From a virus (Duplodnaviria > Caudoviricetes): a DNA stretch of 24,418 bases. The notes beneath the pieces are model-generated. The model was given only the letters and a program-made list of their open reading frames with translations. It had not been told where the DNA came from and did no database searches. Where the stretch lies: IMG/VR virus record IMGVR_UViG_3300017780_002068, positions 1 through 24,418 of that record; one strand, 5' to 3'. This document shows, piece after piece, positions 9,026 through 18,755 of this stretch. A program made the position numbers and the translations under genes. Positions within the stretch are counted from its first letter, which is position 1. Every line of letters begins with the position of its first letter.

Positions 9026-10858
9026 TTAAAATGTAGTCGAAGTGAGAGGTTTAACCCTAACTTTAATATCTTTATTTGGGAATCTAATTTGGAATATCTG
9101 ATTTGACTTCATATAAACGGTCATATCTGCTTGTAGAATCTCTTTTGTTGCGGGTGTTTTATATGTTTGTGATACTTCAGCTTGTGAATATTCACCACCT
9201 GTTTTATTAAAAACTCTTACATCTACAACGTTAACCACTCCACTTGTTGATCCAATTTCTTTTAACAATTCACCCGTGAATAATGGGTCTCCCATTTTTC
9301 TTTTTTCAATTGCAAAATATGAAATTGTCTTTTCAATTATAGATTTAATAACATCTGACTCTAATTCATTTCTATCAATTACAACATCAATCTCCAATCC
9401 AAGGTCAATAACCTCACCACTTTGAATTTCAACAAAGTCATTAATCATTCTATATTGTGAAATATATTCGGTTACATTGTCTTTTAAAGTGTTTGAAACC
9501 ACGTCGGTTAGGTTACCATCTGAATCATAAGATAATAATTTGATTTTTATCTTATTATCTTCTTCCATTACATTAACCTTAGCCGCAGCTCCAAATGTAG
9601 ATGGCATATTTTCAATTACAGATTTGTAATCATTTAATGTTACCGCTCTATTTTGTGCCGCAAAGTTGTAAGAAATCATATTTCTAATTTCATCAATCGT
9701 TGGTTGGTCAGCCCCACCTATTGCTGGAGTTACGTTCGTTACTCTTAATGATTGAATAACTTGTGAGTTTACAGTTGATACGGGACCATTTACGTTGAAT
9801 TCAATATTATCTACGCTAGTAATAACATTAACACCAAGATTGGAATTTTTACCTCCACCTATTCTATATTTCACAAACATCGTAGTATTAGACTTAGGTA
9901 CCGCACCTAATGATACGTTATTCAAATAAGAACCTAAACTAACTTTTAAATTACCTGTTATGAAATTATCTAAATTAGCCATTGGGTCCACGGTTCCAGA
10001 ACCAAATGTCATTGAATAATATCCTTCTGGAGTATATTCTGTCATAAATTTAGTACTAACAGAAAGATATGTCCCTGGTATGAAATTATCTTTATCCGAT
10101 ATCTTAGTTGGGTCTTTAATGAATACTTTATCTTCCATTAAAGATTTAACTTCGTACCACTTATTTGTTGATGATGTAAATTCTGACGATGTTGGGTTTG
10201 AACCAAATGAGGTACCTTCTTTGTGTATAATCGACACAATACCTAATACATTTTGTTCAGGTAAATAAAGTTTCAAGAAAGGTTTCTGATCTAATTCAGT
10301 TATAACTCTTCTGTATATCCTTGAGACTCCGTTTACGACCGCTTCTCTCTTAGTAATGGTATATGACACCAATTTATTATTGCCGTCGAAATTGGGTATC
10401 TTTAAACGATTTGGTTCACCTTTACTATTGAATGGGTTTGAGAAGTCAACGTCTTCTAATGTTTCAAAAATCTGACCTCCACCCGATACCTGAGCTCCCG
10501 CTTTTAATATACCCAAGTATTCGGTTTTCTCTTTATCTCCCGCAACTGGTACGTTTATGGAAAAATCACATAACGCAACTGATGGTCTATTTCCAGGTAT
10601 TCTTAAACCGTATGTTTTGGCAATATGAAAAAGGGATTGTCTCTGTTGCGCGAAATCTAACATTGTTTCTTGCCATACTCTATCAATATGAAAGTGTAAG
10701 TTATCCGCTACAGCCGCGTTTAAATCTAATAACACAGAGAAAATAGATGCGTCGTTAGTATTTTTTATTAAATCTGGATAGTAATCATTTGTTAGATTTA
10801 CTAATTCCTGTCTTAATCCCGCAAAATCTCTAGTTGCGTATGATATTTTTTTAGCCAT
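9026..10858 (-). CDS. Baseplate wedge subunit (T4 gp6-like / baseplate J-like), 610 aa
   Basis: N-terminal SYATRDFAGLRQEL...DASIFSVLLDLNAAVADNLHFHIDRVWQETMLDFAQQRQSLFHIAKTYG and the conserved GGAD...RAVTLNDY motif of gp6/J proteins. Adjacent to the gp25-like gene. Confidence 0.9.
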   Translation of the reverse strand: MAKKISYATRDFAGLRQELVNLTNDYYPDLIKNTNDASIFSVLLDLNAAVADNLHFHIDRVWQETMLDFAQQRQSLFHIAKTYGLRIPGNRPSVALCDFSINVPVAGDKEKTEYLGILKAGAQVSGGGQIFETLEDVDFSNPFNSKGEPNRLKIPNFDGNNKLVSYTITKREAVVNGVSRIYRRVITELDQKPFLKLYLPEQNVLGIVSIIHKEGTSFGSNPTSSEFTSSTNKWYEVKSLMEDKVFIKDPTKISDKDNFIPGTYLSVSTKFMTEYTPEGYYSMTFGSGTVDPMANLDNFITGNLKVSLGSYLNNVSLGAVPKSNTTMFVKYRIGGGKNSNLGVNVITSVDNIEFNVNGPVSTVNSQVIQSLRVTNVTPAIGGADQPTIDEIRNMISYNFAAQNRAVTLNDYKSVIENMPSTFGAAAKVNVMEEDNKIKIKLLSYDSDGNLTDVVSNTLKDNVTEYISQYRMINDFVEIQSGEVIDLGLEIDVVIDRNELESDVIKSIIEKTISYFAIEKRKMGDPLFTGELLKEIGSTSGVVNVVDVRVFNKTGGEYSQAEVSQTYKTPATKEILQADMTVYMKSNQIFQIRFPNKDIKVRVKPLTSTTF

Positions 10859-10859
10859 T

Positions 10860-11312
10860 TTATATGTTTATAATTACAAAGTCGGACGAAGTGAATGATC
10901 CGTTATTAACCGTGTAGTCTATTTTTACTTTTGCGGTGTATGGTTTACTTGTGGCGTCTGATACTCTAAATAATCTTTCGTCCTCTTGTTGTGAATATAA
11001 TTTAGTCTCTTCGGGGTCATTTTCCGCTGACACCACATTAATTGAATTAATATCTAAATTTGGAATATATTTTTTAACACTTTCTCTTATTTCGTCCTCA
11101 ATTAAACCAAAAGTGACAACATCGTTTTGGTCGAATATATATTCGTATAATCTAGTACCAAAATCTGGTAAATAATATCTACTTCCCTTTCTCGTTAATA
11201 ACAAATGAATCAAATTTGCACGAACTTCTCTTTCGGGTGATTCCGTCATCCTTAAGAAGTCACCCTTTAAACTATTCCTAAATGGAAAATCTATACCGTA
11301 AGTTGTTGCCAT
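10860..11312 (-). CDS. Baseplate wedge / sheath-initiator protein, GPW/gp25 family (150 aa)
   Basis: YGIDFPF...NLIHLLLTRKGSRYYLPDFGTRLYEYIFD matches the gp25 signature LLLTxxGERxxxPxFG. Confidence 0.92.
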   Translation of the reverse strand: MATTYGIDFPFRNSLKGDFLRMTESPEREVRANLIHLLLTRKGSRYYLPDFGTRLYEYIFDQNDVVTFGLIEDEIRESVKKYIPNLDINSINVVSAENDPEETKLYSQQEDERLFRVSDATSKPYTAKVKIDYTVNNGSFTSSDFVIINI

Positions 11313-11317
11313 ATCAA

Positions 11318-11351
11318 ATAAATATAAACTAATCTAAAATGGTAATAAATA
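11318..11351 (-). promoter_or_regulatory. Two TATTTAT putative late-promoter motifs upstream of the gp25-like gene
   Basis: ATAAATA on the + strand at 11318-11324 and 11345-11351, immediately downstream of the nrdA terminator. Confidence 0.45.
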
Positions 11352-11375
11352 AAAAATCCAACCGAAGTTGGATTT
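11347..11375 (-). terminator. Intrinsic terminator after nrdA with a C(UUCG)G tetraloop
   Basis: The - strand reads AAATCCAAC-TTCG-GTTGGATTT followed by TTTATTT: a perfect 9-bp stem with the extra-stable UUCG loop typical of T4-like terminators. Confidence 0.88.
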
Positions 11376-11394
11376 AATGTAGTTTCCTATAATT

Positions 11395-13827
11395 TTATGA
11401 ACCACATCCCTCACATTCGAATGGTGAGTCTGTTGGTCTTTCTGATGTCATTACGACTTCAGGTGTTCTTTCACTAATTAATGTATTGTTAGTTGGCACA
11501 TCCACATTGTTTATTGATGACGTTTTTTCAATTGGTTTTGATGTTGATGTGTCAACCCCTAAACCTTTAATTGCGTCTACCGCCGCTCTTGTTCTCAAAT
11601 AATACATACCCGTTTTTAACCCTAATTTCCAACCAAATAGATGGGCGGCTAATAATTTAGGTTTAGTTGCATTATCAACAAATAGGTTTAAAGATTGTGA
11701 TTGATCAATAAATATACTTCTATTTGCCGCCATTTGTAAAACACGTTTTTGAGACATTTCCCAAACTGTTTTATAAACCTCCTTCATTTCCGTAGGAATT
11801 TCAGGAATATTTTGAACGGATCCATTCTCCATAACCAACTTATTCTTAATGGTATCACTCCATAGTCCTAATTTTAATAAATCATTAACCAAATGTTTAT
11901 TAATCATAATAAATTCACCACTTAAGGTTCTACGAGAATATAGGTTGGTTGTAAATGGTTCAAACGCTTCGTTGTTACCTAAAATTTGTGCGGTAGATGC
12001 TGTTGGCATTGGAGCAACTAATAATGAATTTCTAACACCATAGTTTACCACCTCTTTTCTTAAAGATTTCCAATCCCAACGACCAGATAAATCTTTATCT
12101 TTTTTACCCCACATTTCAAATTGGAATATTCCCTTTTCGATTGGTGAACCCGCAATTGATTCATATGGACCAAACTCTTTAGATAAATCTTTAGAGGATG
12201 TCATCGACGCAAAATATATTGTTTCGAAAATATCTGTTTGTAATTTATCAGCATCTTCACTTTCAAATGGTAAACCTAACATACAGAACACATCTGCTAA
12301 TCCTTGAACACCAAGTCCAACTGGACGATGTTTAAAGTTTGAACGTTTGGTTTCTTCTGTTGGGTAGTAATTTAAATCAATTACATTGTTTAAATTCTTA
12401 ACAACTTGATATGTGTACTCATATAATAAATCGTGATTAAACTCACCATTAATAATATATTTTGGTAAAGCTATTGATGCTAAATTACAAACTGCTTGTT
12501 CTGTTGGTGAACTATATTCAATAATTTCAGTACATAAATTTGAAGATTTAATTGTACCTAAATTCTTTTGATTTGATTTGTAGTTAGCTGGATCCTTATA
12601 TAACATATAAGGCGTTCCTGTTTCAATTTGAGCAGTAAGGATTGCATCCATTAACTTTCTCGCTTTGATAACTTTTCTTGCCCTTCCTTCTTTTTCGTAT
12701 TGTTCAAACAAACGAGTAAATGTCTTATCTTCTGGTGAATCGTATACATCCGATAATCCTGGAGCTTCGTCTGGTGAAAATAAAGACCAATCGCCATCTT
12801 GTTCAACTCTCTGCATAAATAAATCTGGAGTCCACATTGCCAAGAATAAATCTCTTGCTCTCATTTCTTCTTTACCGTGATTCTTTCTTAAATCAATAAA
12901 TTCAAAAATGTCTGAATGCCAAGGTTCAAGATAAACAGCAAAAGAACCTTTACGTTTTCCTCCTTGATTAATCCAACGAGCAACTTCATTATAAGTTTTC
13001 ATCATTGGTAGTAAACCGTCTGATTGTCCACCTGTTCCTTTAATGTAAGAACCTTTAGCACGAACATCGTGAACGTGAAGTCCAATACCTCCCGCCCATT
13101 TAGAAATTTTGGCAACATCTTTAATCGTATCGAATAGACCATCAATATCATCGCCCTTGTTACCAATTAAGAAACAAGATGACATTTGAGCTCTACGTGT
13201 GCCCGCATTAAATAATGTTGGGGTTGCGTGAGTATAGAAGTGTTGAGATAAGTCGTCATAAATTCTTAATGCCATATCTAAATTACCTTTACAGATACCA
13301 ACGGCAACTCTCATATATAGATATTGTGGTCTTTCAACTACTCTGTCTCCAATCTTTAAAAGGTAAGAACGTTCCAATGTTTTATATCCGAAGTAATCAA
13401 ACTCCAAATCTCTTTCTTGATGAATTGCGCCATCTAAAGATTCTCTGTTTTCCATTACAAATTTGTAAACACCCTCATCAATTAATGAAGATTCTTTACC
13501 AGTTTTTGGTTCAACAAAAGAATATAATTCTTTAATACATTGAGAAAACTTTTTGTGTGTTGTCTTATGTAAATTAGATACCGCTAATCGACCTGATAAT
13601 TTAGAGTAATCAGGATGAGTGGTAACCATTGCCGCCGCAGTCTCTGCAGCTAACACATCTAATTCTGTTGTTGAAATTCCATCATATATTCCTTGTGTTA
13701 CTTTTAATGTAACAAACGTTGGGTCAATGTACTCTAAATTTAAATCACTACAGAAAACACTTATTCTACGTGTTATTTTATCGTATCTCATTTCCTCTAG
13801 GGATCCATCTCTTTTTTTTACTTTCAT
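11395..13827 (-). CDS. nrdA: Ribonucleoside-diphosphate reductase alpha subunit, class Ia (810 aa)
   Basis: N-terminal ATP cone (MKVKKRDG), ATPTLFNAG, SSCF, SNLCTEI (Asn/Cys/Glu active site), AVCNL, PMPTAST, GMYYLR radical-transfer tyrosines and C-terminal CEGC. Start moved from TTG 13863 to ATG 13827. Confidence 0.97.
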   Translation of the reverse strand: MKVKKRDGSLEEMRYDKITRRISVFCSDLNLEYIDPTFVTLKVTQGIYDGISTTELDVLAAETAAAMVTTHPDYSKLSGRLAVSNLHKTTHKKFSQCIKELYSFVEPKTGKESSLIDEGVYKFVMENRESLDGAIHQERDLEFDYFGYKTLERSYLLKIGDRVVERPQYLYMRVAVGICKGNLDMALRIYDDLSQHFYTHATPTLFNAGTRRAQMSSCFLIGNKGDDIDGLFDTIKDVAKISKWAGGIGLHVHDVRAKGSYIKGTGGQSDGLLPMMKTYNEVARWINQGGKRKGSFAVYLEPWHSDIFEFIDLRKNHGKEEMRARDLFLAMWTPDLFMQRVEQDGDWSLFSPDEAPGLSDVYDSPEDKTFTRLFEQYEKEGRARKVIKARKLMDAILTAQIETGTPYMLYKDPANYKSNQKNLGTIKSSNLCTEIIEYSSPTEQAVCNLASIALPKYIINGEFNHDLLYEYTYQVVKNLNNVIDLNYYPTEETKRSNFKHRPVGLGVQGLADVFCMLGLPFESEDADKLQTDIFETIYFASMTSSKDLSKEFGPYESIAGSPIEKGIFQFEMWGKKDKDLSGRWDWKSLRKEVVNYGVRNSLLVAPMPTASTAQILGNNEAFEPFTTNLYSRRTLSGEFIMINKHLVNDLLKLGLWSDTIKNKLVMENGSVQNIPEIPTEMKEVYKTVWEMSQKRVLQMAANRSIFIDQSQSLNLFVDNATKPKLLAAHLFGWKLGLKTGMYYLRTRAAVDAIKGLGVDTSTSKPIEKTSSINNVDVPTNNTLISERTPEVVMTSERPTDSPFECEGCGS

Positions 13828-13840
13828 CTTTATACTATTT

Positions 13841-14818
13841 TTAGAAGTCCATATCCTCGTCAAACGCGGATTCTAAATCTTCGGTTGCAACATTATTAAC
13901 TCCCGCCTTTTGATATTCGGCAACTCTTTTCTCGAAGAAATTAGTTTTACCTTGTAATGCGATATTCTGCATAAAATCAAATGGATTTTCTGAATTGTAA
14001 ACTTTAGAACAACCCAAAGACATTAATAATCTATCAGTAACAAATTCAAGGTATTGAGACATTAAGTCTGAATTCATACCAATTAAACGAACAGGTAAAG
14101 CTTCTAAGATAAATTCTTTCTCAATTTCTAACGCTCCACAAATAATTTCTTTTACTTTCTTTTCACTTAACTTATTTTCAATATGGTTATTGTAAATGTG
14201 ACAAGCAAAATCACAATGCATACCTTCGTCTCTTGAAATTAATTCATTTGAAAATGTTAATCCAGGTAGTAAACCTCTTTTCTTTAACCAAAAAATGGAA
14301 CAAAATGATCCTGAAAAGAAAATACCTTCTACCGCAGCAAAAGCTAATAATCTTTCAACAAAGGATTCTGAATTAATCCATTTAAGTGCCCATTCCGCTT
14401 TTTTCTTAACCGCTGGAATTGTGTCAACCGCATTGAACAGGTAATGTTGTTCTTCTTTATCTTTGACTAATGTGTCAATTAACAAAGAATAGGTTTCACT
14501 GTGAATGTTTTCCATCATTATTTGAAATCCGTAGAAAAATTTAGCTTCAGTATATTGAACTTCATTAACAAAATTAATGGCTAAGTTTTCATTTACGATT
14601 CCATCAGACGCAGCAAAAAATGCTAATACGTGTTTAACAAAATGTTTTTCATCCTCATTTAATTTATTCTCCCAATCTGTGACATCTTGACCTAAATCAA
14701 TTTCCTCAGCAGTCCAAAAGGAAGCTTCAGATTGTTTATAAAATTTCCATAAATCGTGATGTTCAATTGGAAAAAGGACAAACCGTCCTGGGTTGTCTTG
14801 TAAGATTCTCTCGGTCAT
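13841..14818 (-). CDS. nrdB: Ribonucleoside-diphosphate reductase beta subunit, class Ia (325 aa)
   Basis: [20 protein letters not shown] (iron ligands plus radical Tyr), VEGIFF, DEGMH and [10 protein letters not shown]. The true start is ATG 14818 ([18 protein letters not shown]); the track's extension overlaps the helicase gene. Confidence 0.97.
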   Translation of the reverse strand: MTERILQDNPGRFVLFPIEHHDLWKFYKQSEASFWTAEEIDLGQDVTDWENKLNEDEKHFVKHVLAFFAASDGIVNENLAINFVNEVQYTEAKFFYGFQIMMENIHSETYSLLIDTLVKDKEEQHYLFNAVDTIPAVKKKAEWALKWINSESFVERLLAFAAVEGIFFSGSFCSIFWLKKRGLLPGLTFSNELISRDEGMHCDFACHIYNNHIENKLSEKKVKEIICGALEIEKEFILEALPVRLIGMNSDLMSQYLEFVTDRLLMSLGCSKVYNSENPFDFMQNIALQGKTNFFEKRVAEYQKAGVNNVATEDLESAFDEDMDF

Positions 14819-14825
14819 ATTTTGT

Positions 14826-16208
14826 TTATTTATTATTGTTAAGTAATTCTTGTCTCTTCTTGAACGCTTCCGCGGCTCTGTTTGCGTTATTTTGAGTTTT
14901 TTGTTGTTCCATACCAAGTAAGGTACTTTGTGATTCTGTATCAATAACAAGATATTCATTATTGAATTTACAGTTACTAAATACAACACCATCTTTACCA
15001 ATACGGGATTTTAAAAGTGATAGTGTTGCAAGATTTTGTTCTTTCTGTTCTAAGGTCTTACCTATTGACAAAATAACGTGAGCAATTTGAGCCTTCTTAA
15101 TGGATCCACCCATTTGGTCACCTGTTACTACTTCTGACGAAATTGACTCTCTATTCCCCTGTGTAGCGGTCCATAGAGCAATATCGAATTCGCTTGTCAT
15201 TGATTCTAAAGATCTCATAACCGAACCTTCACCTTTCCATTCTTCTCCATTCAAACTCTTATCGGTTGAAATACAATCAACGTAATCGATAAGTAACAAA
15301 TCTAATTTAAGTCCGTCAGATTTCATTTTTCTAACGATATTTTTTATTTGAGAAACAGTTACACTATCCGATGGAAATTTCATTAATTTTAACGATCCTG
15401 ATGATCTCTCTTCAGCCTCTTTAACTAATCTTTTAACTTCTTCCGCATTTGCGGGTTGGTCATCAGGAGTAATACCTGACCAAATAGTATAATGTTTTCT
15501 TTTAATATTACCAGGATTGTCCTCAAAGAAAATTTGAACAACATTAAATCCTTGGTTATACGCTGTGTTCGCGAATTTAGTAAGTAAGGTTGTCTTACCC
15601 GTACCTGTTGGAGCCAATACAACACCCAATTCTCCACGACCTAACCCACCTTTTAATAATTGGTCAATACCCGCTATTCCTGTTGGTATTGGTAGTCTAA
15701 AATTATCTTCCAAAGCTTGGTCAATGTTATGGAATACATCAACCGCTTGGTCATCATTAATACCAACTTGTAATGCCTTTTTAATGATTTCCTCAATCTT
15801 ATTATACGATTCAAACTCACCACTTTCGATGATATTATGAACGTTTTTAAGTTCCTTTTTTAAATTTTGTTGTTTACAAAAATTAAGAGCGGTATCCCTA
15901 ACAAATGACGTATCGTTGGAATCATCTTTGATATTTTGTAAAGTATCTAAATGTACTCTGTTTGTATCCTTTGTACCTGACTCTGTCATTATTTTCTGTG
16001 ATAGAGTATGGTAATCTGGTAGTTTGTTATACGTAACGTATAATTCTTTGATATTTTCTACAATGTATCTAAATGAATTGTTGTCAAAATACTTACTGTC
16101 TAGAAAGTCTATGATTGTTTCTCCAAATTTTTTGTCTTCAATAACCGACCTGATGAGTGATTGTTGAAAGGAAAATCCAAGAAACCCGAAATTTTTCTCC
16201 TGCTGCAT
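14826..16208 (-). CDS. Replicative DNA helicase, DnaB/T4 gp41-like (SF4), 460 aa
   Basis: [16 protein letters not shown], Walker [10 protein letters not shown], Walker [17 protein letters not shown] and the KSR arginine-finger motif. Confidence 0.93.
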   Translation of the reverse strand: MQQEKNFGFLGFSFQQSLIRSVIEDKKFGETIIDFLDSKYFDNNSFRYIVENIKELYVTYNKLPDYHTLSQKIMTESGTKDTNRVHLDTLQNIKDDSNDTSFVRDTALNFCKQQNLKKELKNVHNIIESGEFESYNKIEEIIKKALQVGINDDQAVDVFHNIDQALEDNFRLPIPTGIAGIDQLLKGGLGRGELGVVLAPTGTGKTTLLTKFANTAYNQGFNVVQIFFEDNPGNIKRKHYTIWSGITPDDQPANAEEVKRLVKEAEERSSGSLKLMKFPSDSVTVSQIKNIVRKMKSDGLKLDLLLIDYVDCISTDKSLNGEEWKGEGSVMRSLESMTSEFDIALWTATQGNRESISSEVVTGDQMGGSIKKAQIAHVILSIGKTLEQKEQNLATLSLLKSRIGKDGVVFSNCKFNNEYLVIDTESQSTLLGMEQQKTQNNANRAAEAFKKRQELLNNNK

Positions 16209-16227
16209 AATTTATGAAATAAGTTTA

Positions 16228-16677
16228 TTAAAGTTGATATTGCAAATATACTGTTTCCAATTCTTCTGAAGACAAGATGTCAGTTAAATCTGACAAAACT
16301 CTTTTTAGTTTTGGACGAATGTCAACCGTATATCTAACCTTCGGATGAAAGAAATATGCGGGAAATATTCTAGAAATAAATACGTCGTCTCCAAGTTTAA
16401 TTTCCAATAAAAAGTGTTCTCTTTCCTTCTCATTCTCATCTTCCACAAACTCTGAATTGAGGAAATAATTTTGATTTTCACATAGATAGTCGGAAGTTTT
16501 CATTTTCAAATCTTCACTTATTTCTTCACAAATATTTTTTACATAATAGTGAAGATCCATCGATCTACGCGCTTGCTCAACGTGGTCTTTTACGTTGAAG
16601 AATCTCTGACATACGATGTTTCCACCTAAGCTAAGCAAAAATTCAAATTTTGTGATTTCTTGTTGATAGTTACTCAT
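16228..16677 (-). CDS. Hypothetical protein (149 aa) in the replication cassette
   Basis: ATG overlaps the exonuclease stop (ATGAGTAA), with an A-rich initiation region (AAAAACAATT-ATG) and a tandem TAA TAA stop. No recognised motif. Confidence 0.8.
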   Translation of the reverse strand: MSNYQQEITKFEFLLSLGGNIVCQRFFNVKDHVEQARRSMDLHYYVKNICEEISEDLKMKTSDYLCENQNYFLNSEFVEDENEKEREHFLLEIKLGDDVFISRIFPAYFFHPKVRYTVDIRPKLKRVLSDLTDILSSEELETVYLQYQL

Positions 16678-17692
16678 AATTGTTTTTAATTTTTATCGTC
16701 CTTTTATTTTTTTCTTTTCTTGTTAATCTAAGAAATGGGTTGAAGAATTTTATCCAAGCATCATCTGATTTGGGTAACAGTTGAAATAGTCCATCCTCCA
16801 TCATCATTTTCATAGTATTTTTATAAGACCTTCCTTCTGGGTCCAAATTTTCATTTATAAGTGACATAATTGTCTCTCTCGCGTCATCAGTTAAAAACGG
16901 TTCATCCAAGCTAACTATCTTTTTATTTACCTCATAGAACTCCTCACCAAATACACCGTGTTTTGTTACACCTGTTAGAAGATTTTTGATTAACCAATTA
17001 TCCTTATCTTCTTCAAACAGAACATTAGTTTTATCTCTAATATCTTCAATAGTAAGAGGTTCGTTTTTAATTTGAGGAAAAAGAGTTATAAGTCTTTTAA
17101 TACCCATATTCTTAATTCCCGCAATATTGTCTGATGGGTCACCGCACAACATCTTAACCAAGATTACATTTTCAATTAGAATTTCTTCGTGATTGTAAAC
17201 TATGGTGTCGTTTTTCTTATATACTTTTTGATGTGAGGGGTTGTAAATTTGGGTTTGTTCAGAAACTAGTTGTGTTAAATCTCCGTCTCCAGAATAAATT
17301 GTTTTGTTTTCAGTTGGGGAATTTTGAGTGTAGAATGCAATACAATCGTCCGCCTCACAAAATTCGAATTCTCCTTGTCTAACAAAGACTTCTTCTAAAT
17401 ACTGTTTTACTCGTTGCTTTTGATATTGGTATGAATTAATTTCTTCATCACTTCTTAATCTAGACCTTCTATTCTCTTTGTATTGAGAATAGAACTTCTT
17501 TCTTGAGTCAGAACCATTTTCTCCATCCCAAAATACTACGATTTTGTCTAAATGGTACGTCTCAAATGATCTTCTAAGAGTATTAACAAAATGGTATATT
17601 GCTCCAATATGTTTTCCTTTGTAGAAATGGTTTTTGAGACCATAAAAACCAATCGTAAGTAAATTGTCTCCATCAACGAGTAAAACCGACAT
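16670..17692 (-). CDS. 5'-3' exonuclease / flap endonuclease (T4 RNase H / Pol I 5'-nuclease family), 340 aa
   Basis: LLVDGDNL, VFWDG, RKKFYSQYKENR, EADDCIA, SGDGDLTQL and the GDPSDNIAGIKNMGIK helix-hairpin motif. Confidence 0.93.
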   Translation of the reverse strand: MSVLLVDGDNLLTIGFYGLKNHFYKGKHIGAIYHFVNTLRRSFETYHLDKIVVFWDGENGSDSRKKFYSQYKENRRSRLRSDEEINSYQYQKQRVKQYLEEVFVRQGEFEFCEADDCIAFYTQNSPTENKTIYSGDGDLTQLVSEQTQIYNPSHQKVYKKNDTIVYNHEEILIENVILVKMLCGDPSDNIAGIKNMGIKRLITLFPQIKNEPLTIEDIRDKTNVLFEEDKDNWLIKNLLTGVTKHGVFGEEFYEVNKKIVSLDEPFLTDDARETIMSLINENLDPEGRSYKNTMKMMMEDGLFQLLPKSDDAWIKFFNPFLRLTRKEKNKRTIKIKNNYE

Positions 17693-17702
17693 TTAGTATA
17701 AT

Positions 17703-18695
17703 TTATTCGTCATCGTCTGACGATATTTCTGATTTGAATCCTAGTTCACTAACATCAATAACTTTCTCTCCGAATAATTTACTGATATAGTCTAAATTTT
17801 CTTTTGCGTATTCTTGGATAGATATTTTTTCTTCAGCGGGTTCTTTTGCTCTCATAAATCCGTGAGGAGTTACCATTATCTTTCCATCTGCAAATCCAAT
17901 ACCATTAACGTGGTTCTTCATAATAGAAATTTTAGTTCTACTTGCAAAGTTTACATCACGTTTATTTCTTGTTATTTTAATTTTTGTTATACCCGCACCT
18001 TTTTGATTACCAAATAAGAATACTAAAGTTGAGTTTAACCAAATAGCTTCCCCACCTTTTGCTTTAATCTTTGGTTGTCCATAAGGATTGTCTGGTAATT
18101 CAACCCAAGGTTGGTTAACAATGATAAGAGTGTTTGTATGTGGTTTATCTGTTCTTCTTGAACCTGAAATACGTTGGTTAATACCCATACCTATTTTATC
18201 CGCAAGAACCGAAGCATTGTGTTGTTTACCCCCTTTACCTTCAAACGTCATCTTACAAGGAACAGAACCAACTGAATCCCATAAGAATAAAATATCGTGA
18301 GGAATTTCTCCTTTTTCTTGTGCTACCAATATTTCATTAATAAAATCAGTAATCTGTTCAATATAATCGAAGTCGCTATTGAAGAGATAGAAATCATCTT
18401 CTTTATTAAATCCCATTAACACCGCGTGATCCCAATTCCATTTTTGTTCTGTAATGATAAACACAGGTAGAATTCCTTTCTTTTGTGCGTCGACCGCCGC
18501 TTTCACAAGTGCCGTAGTTTTACCAGTATCACTATGTCCTAAGAACATATTAATATGTCCAATTGCTGGACCTGGTATTCCTGTTGCATCTAAAAACGCG
18601 TCTCCCAAATCTAAAAAACGATCTGGTTTGTACTCTGCTTCTTTTGAGAATTTCTTCTTCATAGAAGAGAAATCGTTTTTTTTAATTGCTGCCAT
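17703..18695 (-). CDS. RecA/UvsX-like recombinase (330 aa)
   Basis: Walker A GHSDTGKTT, catalytic Glu in IITEQ, Walker B FLWDSVG, IIVNQ, KGGEAI and KNH. Divergent from cellular RecA. Confidence 0.9.
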   Translation of the reverse strand: MAAIKKNDFSSMKKKFSKEAEYKPDRFLDLGDAFLDATGIPGPAIGHINMFLGHSDTGKTTALVKAAVDAQKKGILPVFIITEQKWNWDHAVLMGFNKEDDFYLFNSDFDYIEQITDFINEILVAQEKGEIPHDILFLWDSVGSVPCKMTFEGKGGKQHNASVLADKIGMGINQRISGSRRTDKPHTNTLIIVNQPWVELPDNPYGQPKIKAKGGEAIWLNSTLVFLFGNQKGAGITKIKITRNKRDVNFASRTKISIMKNHVNGIGFADGKIMVTPHGFMRAKEPAEEKISIQEYAKENLDYISKLFGEKVIDVSELGFKSEISSDDDE

Positions 18696-18714
18696 ATTAT
18701 TGTTTTTTTATAAA

Positions 18715-18744
18715 GATGTCCCCGACACCAATGTCGGGGACATC
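18715..18744 (-). terminator. Perfect 13-bp GC-rich hairpin between SSB and recombinase genes (partial terminator or mRNA stabiliser)
   Basis: GATGTCCCCGACA-CCAA-TGTCGGGGACATC, followed on the - strand only by a short TTTAT tract. Confidence 0.7.
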
Positions 18745-18755
18745 CTATGAATTAA

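Noticed and set aside
13828-13863. TTG-initiated extension of NrdA
   Set aside because: It overlaps nrdB, and the ATP cone begins at ATG 13827.
14819-15001. 61-aa N-terminal extension of NrdB in the ORF track
   Set aside because: It overlaps the helicase 3' end in another frame. Family similarity starts at ATG 14818, which has a good A-rich context.
11395-18695. Inteins, introns or homing endonucleases in nrdA, nrdB, helicase or recombinase
   Set aside because: These are common insertion targets, but the ORFs are uninterrupted, of normal length, and show no splicing or endonuclease motifs.
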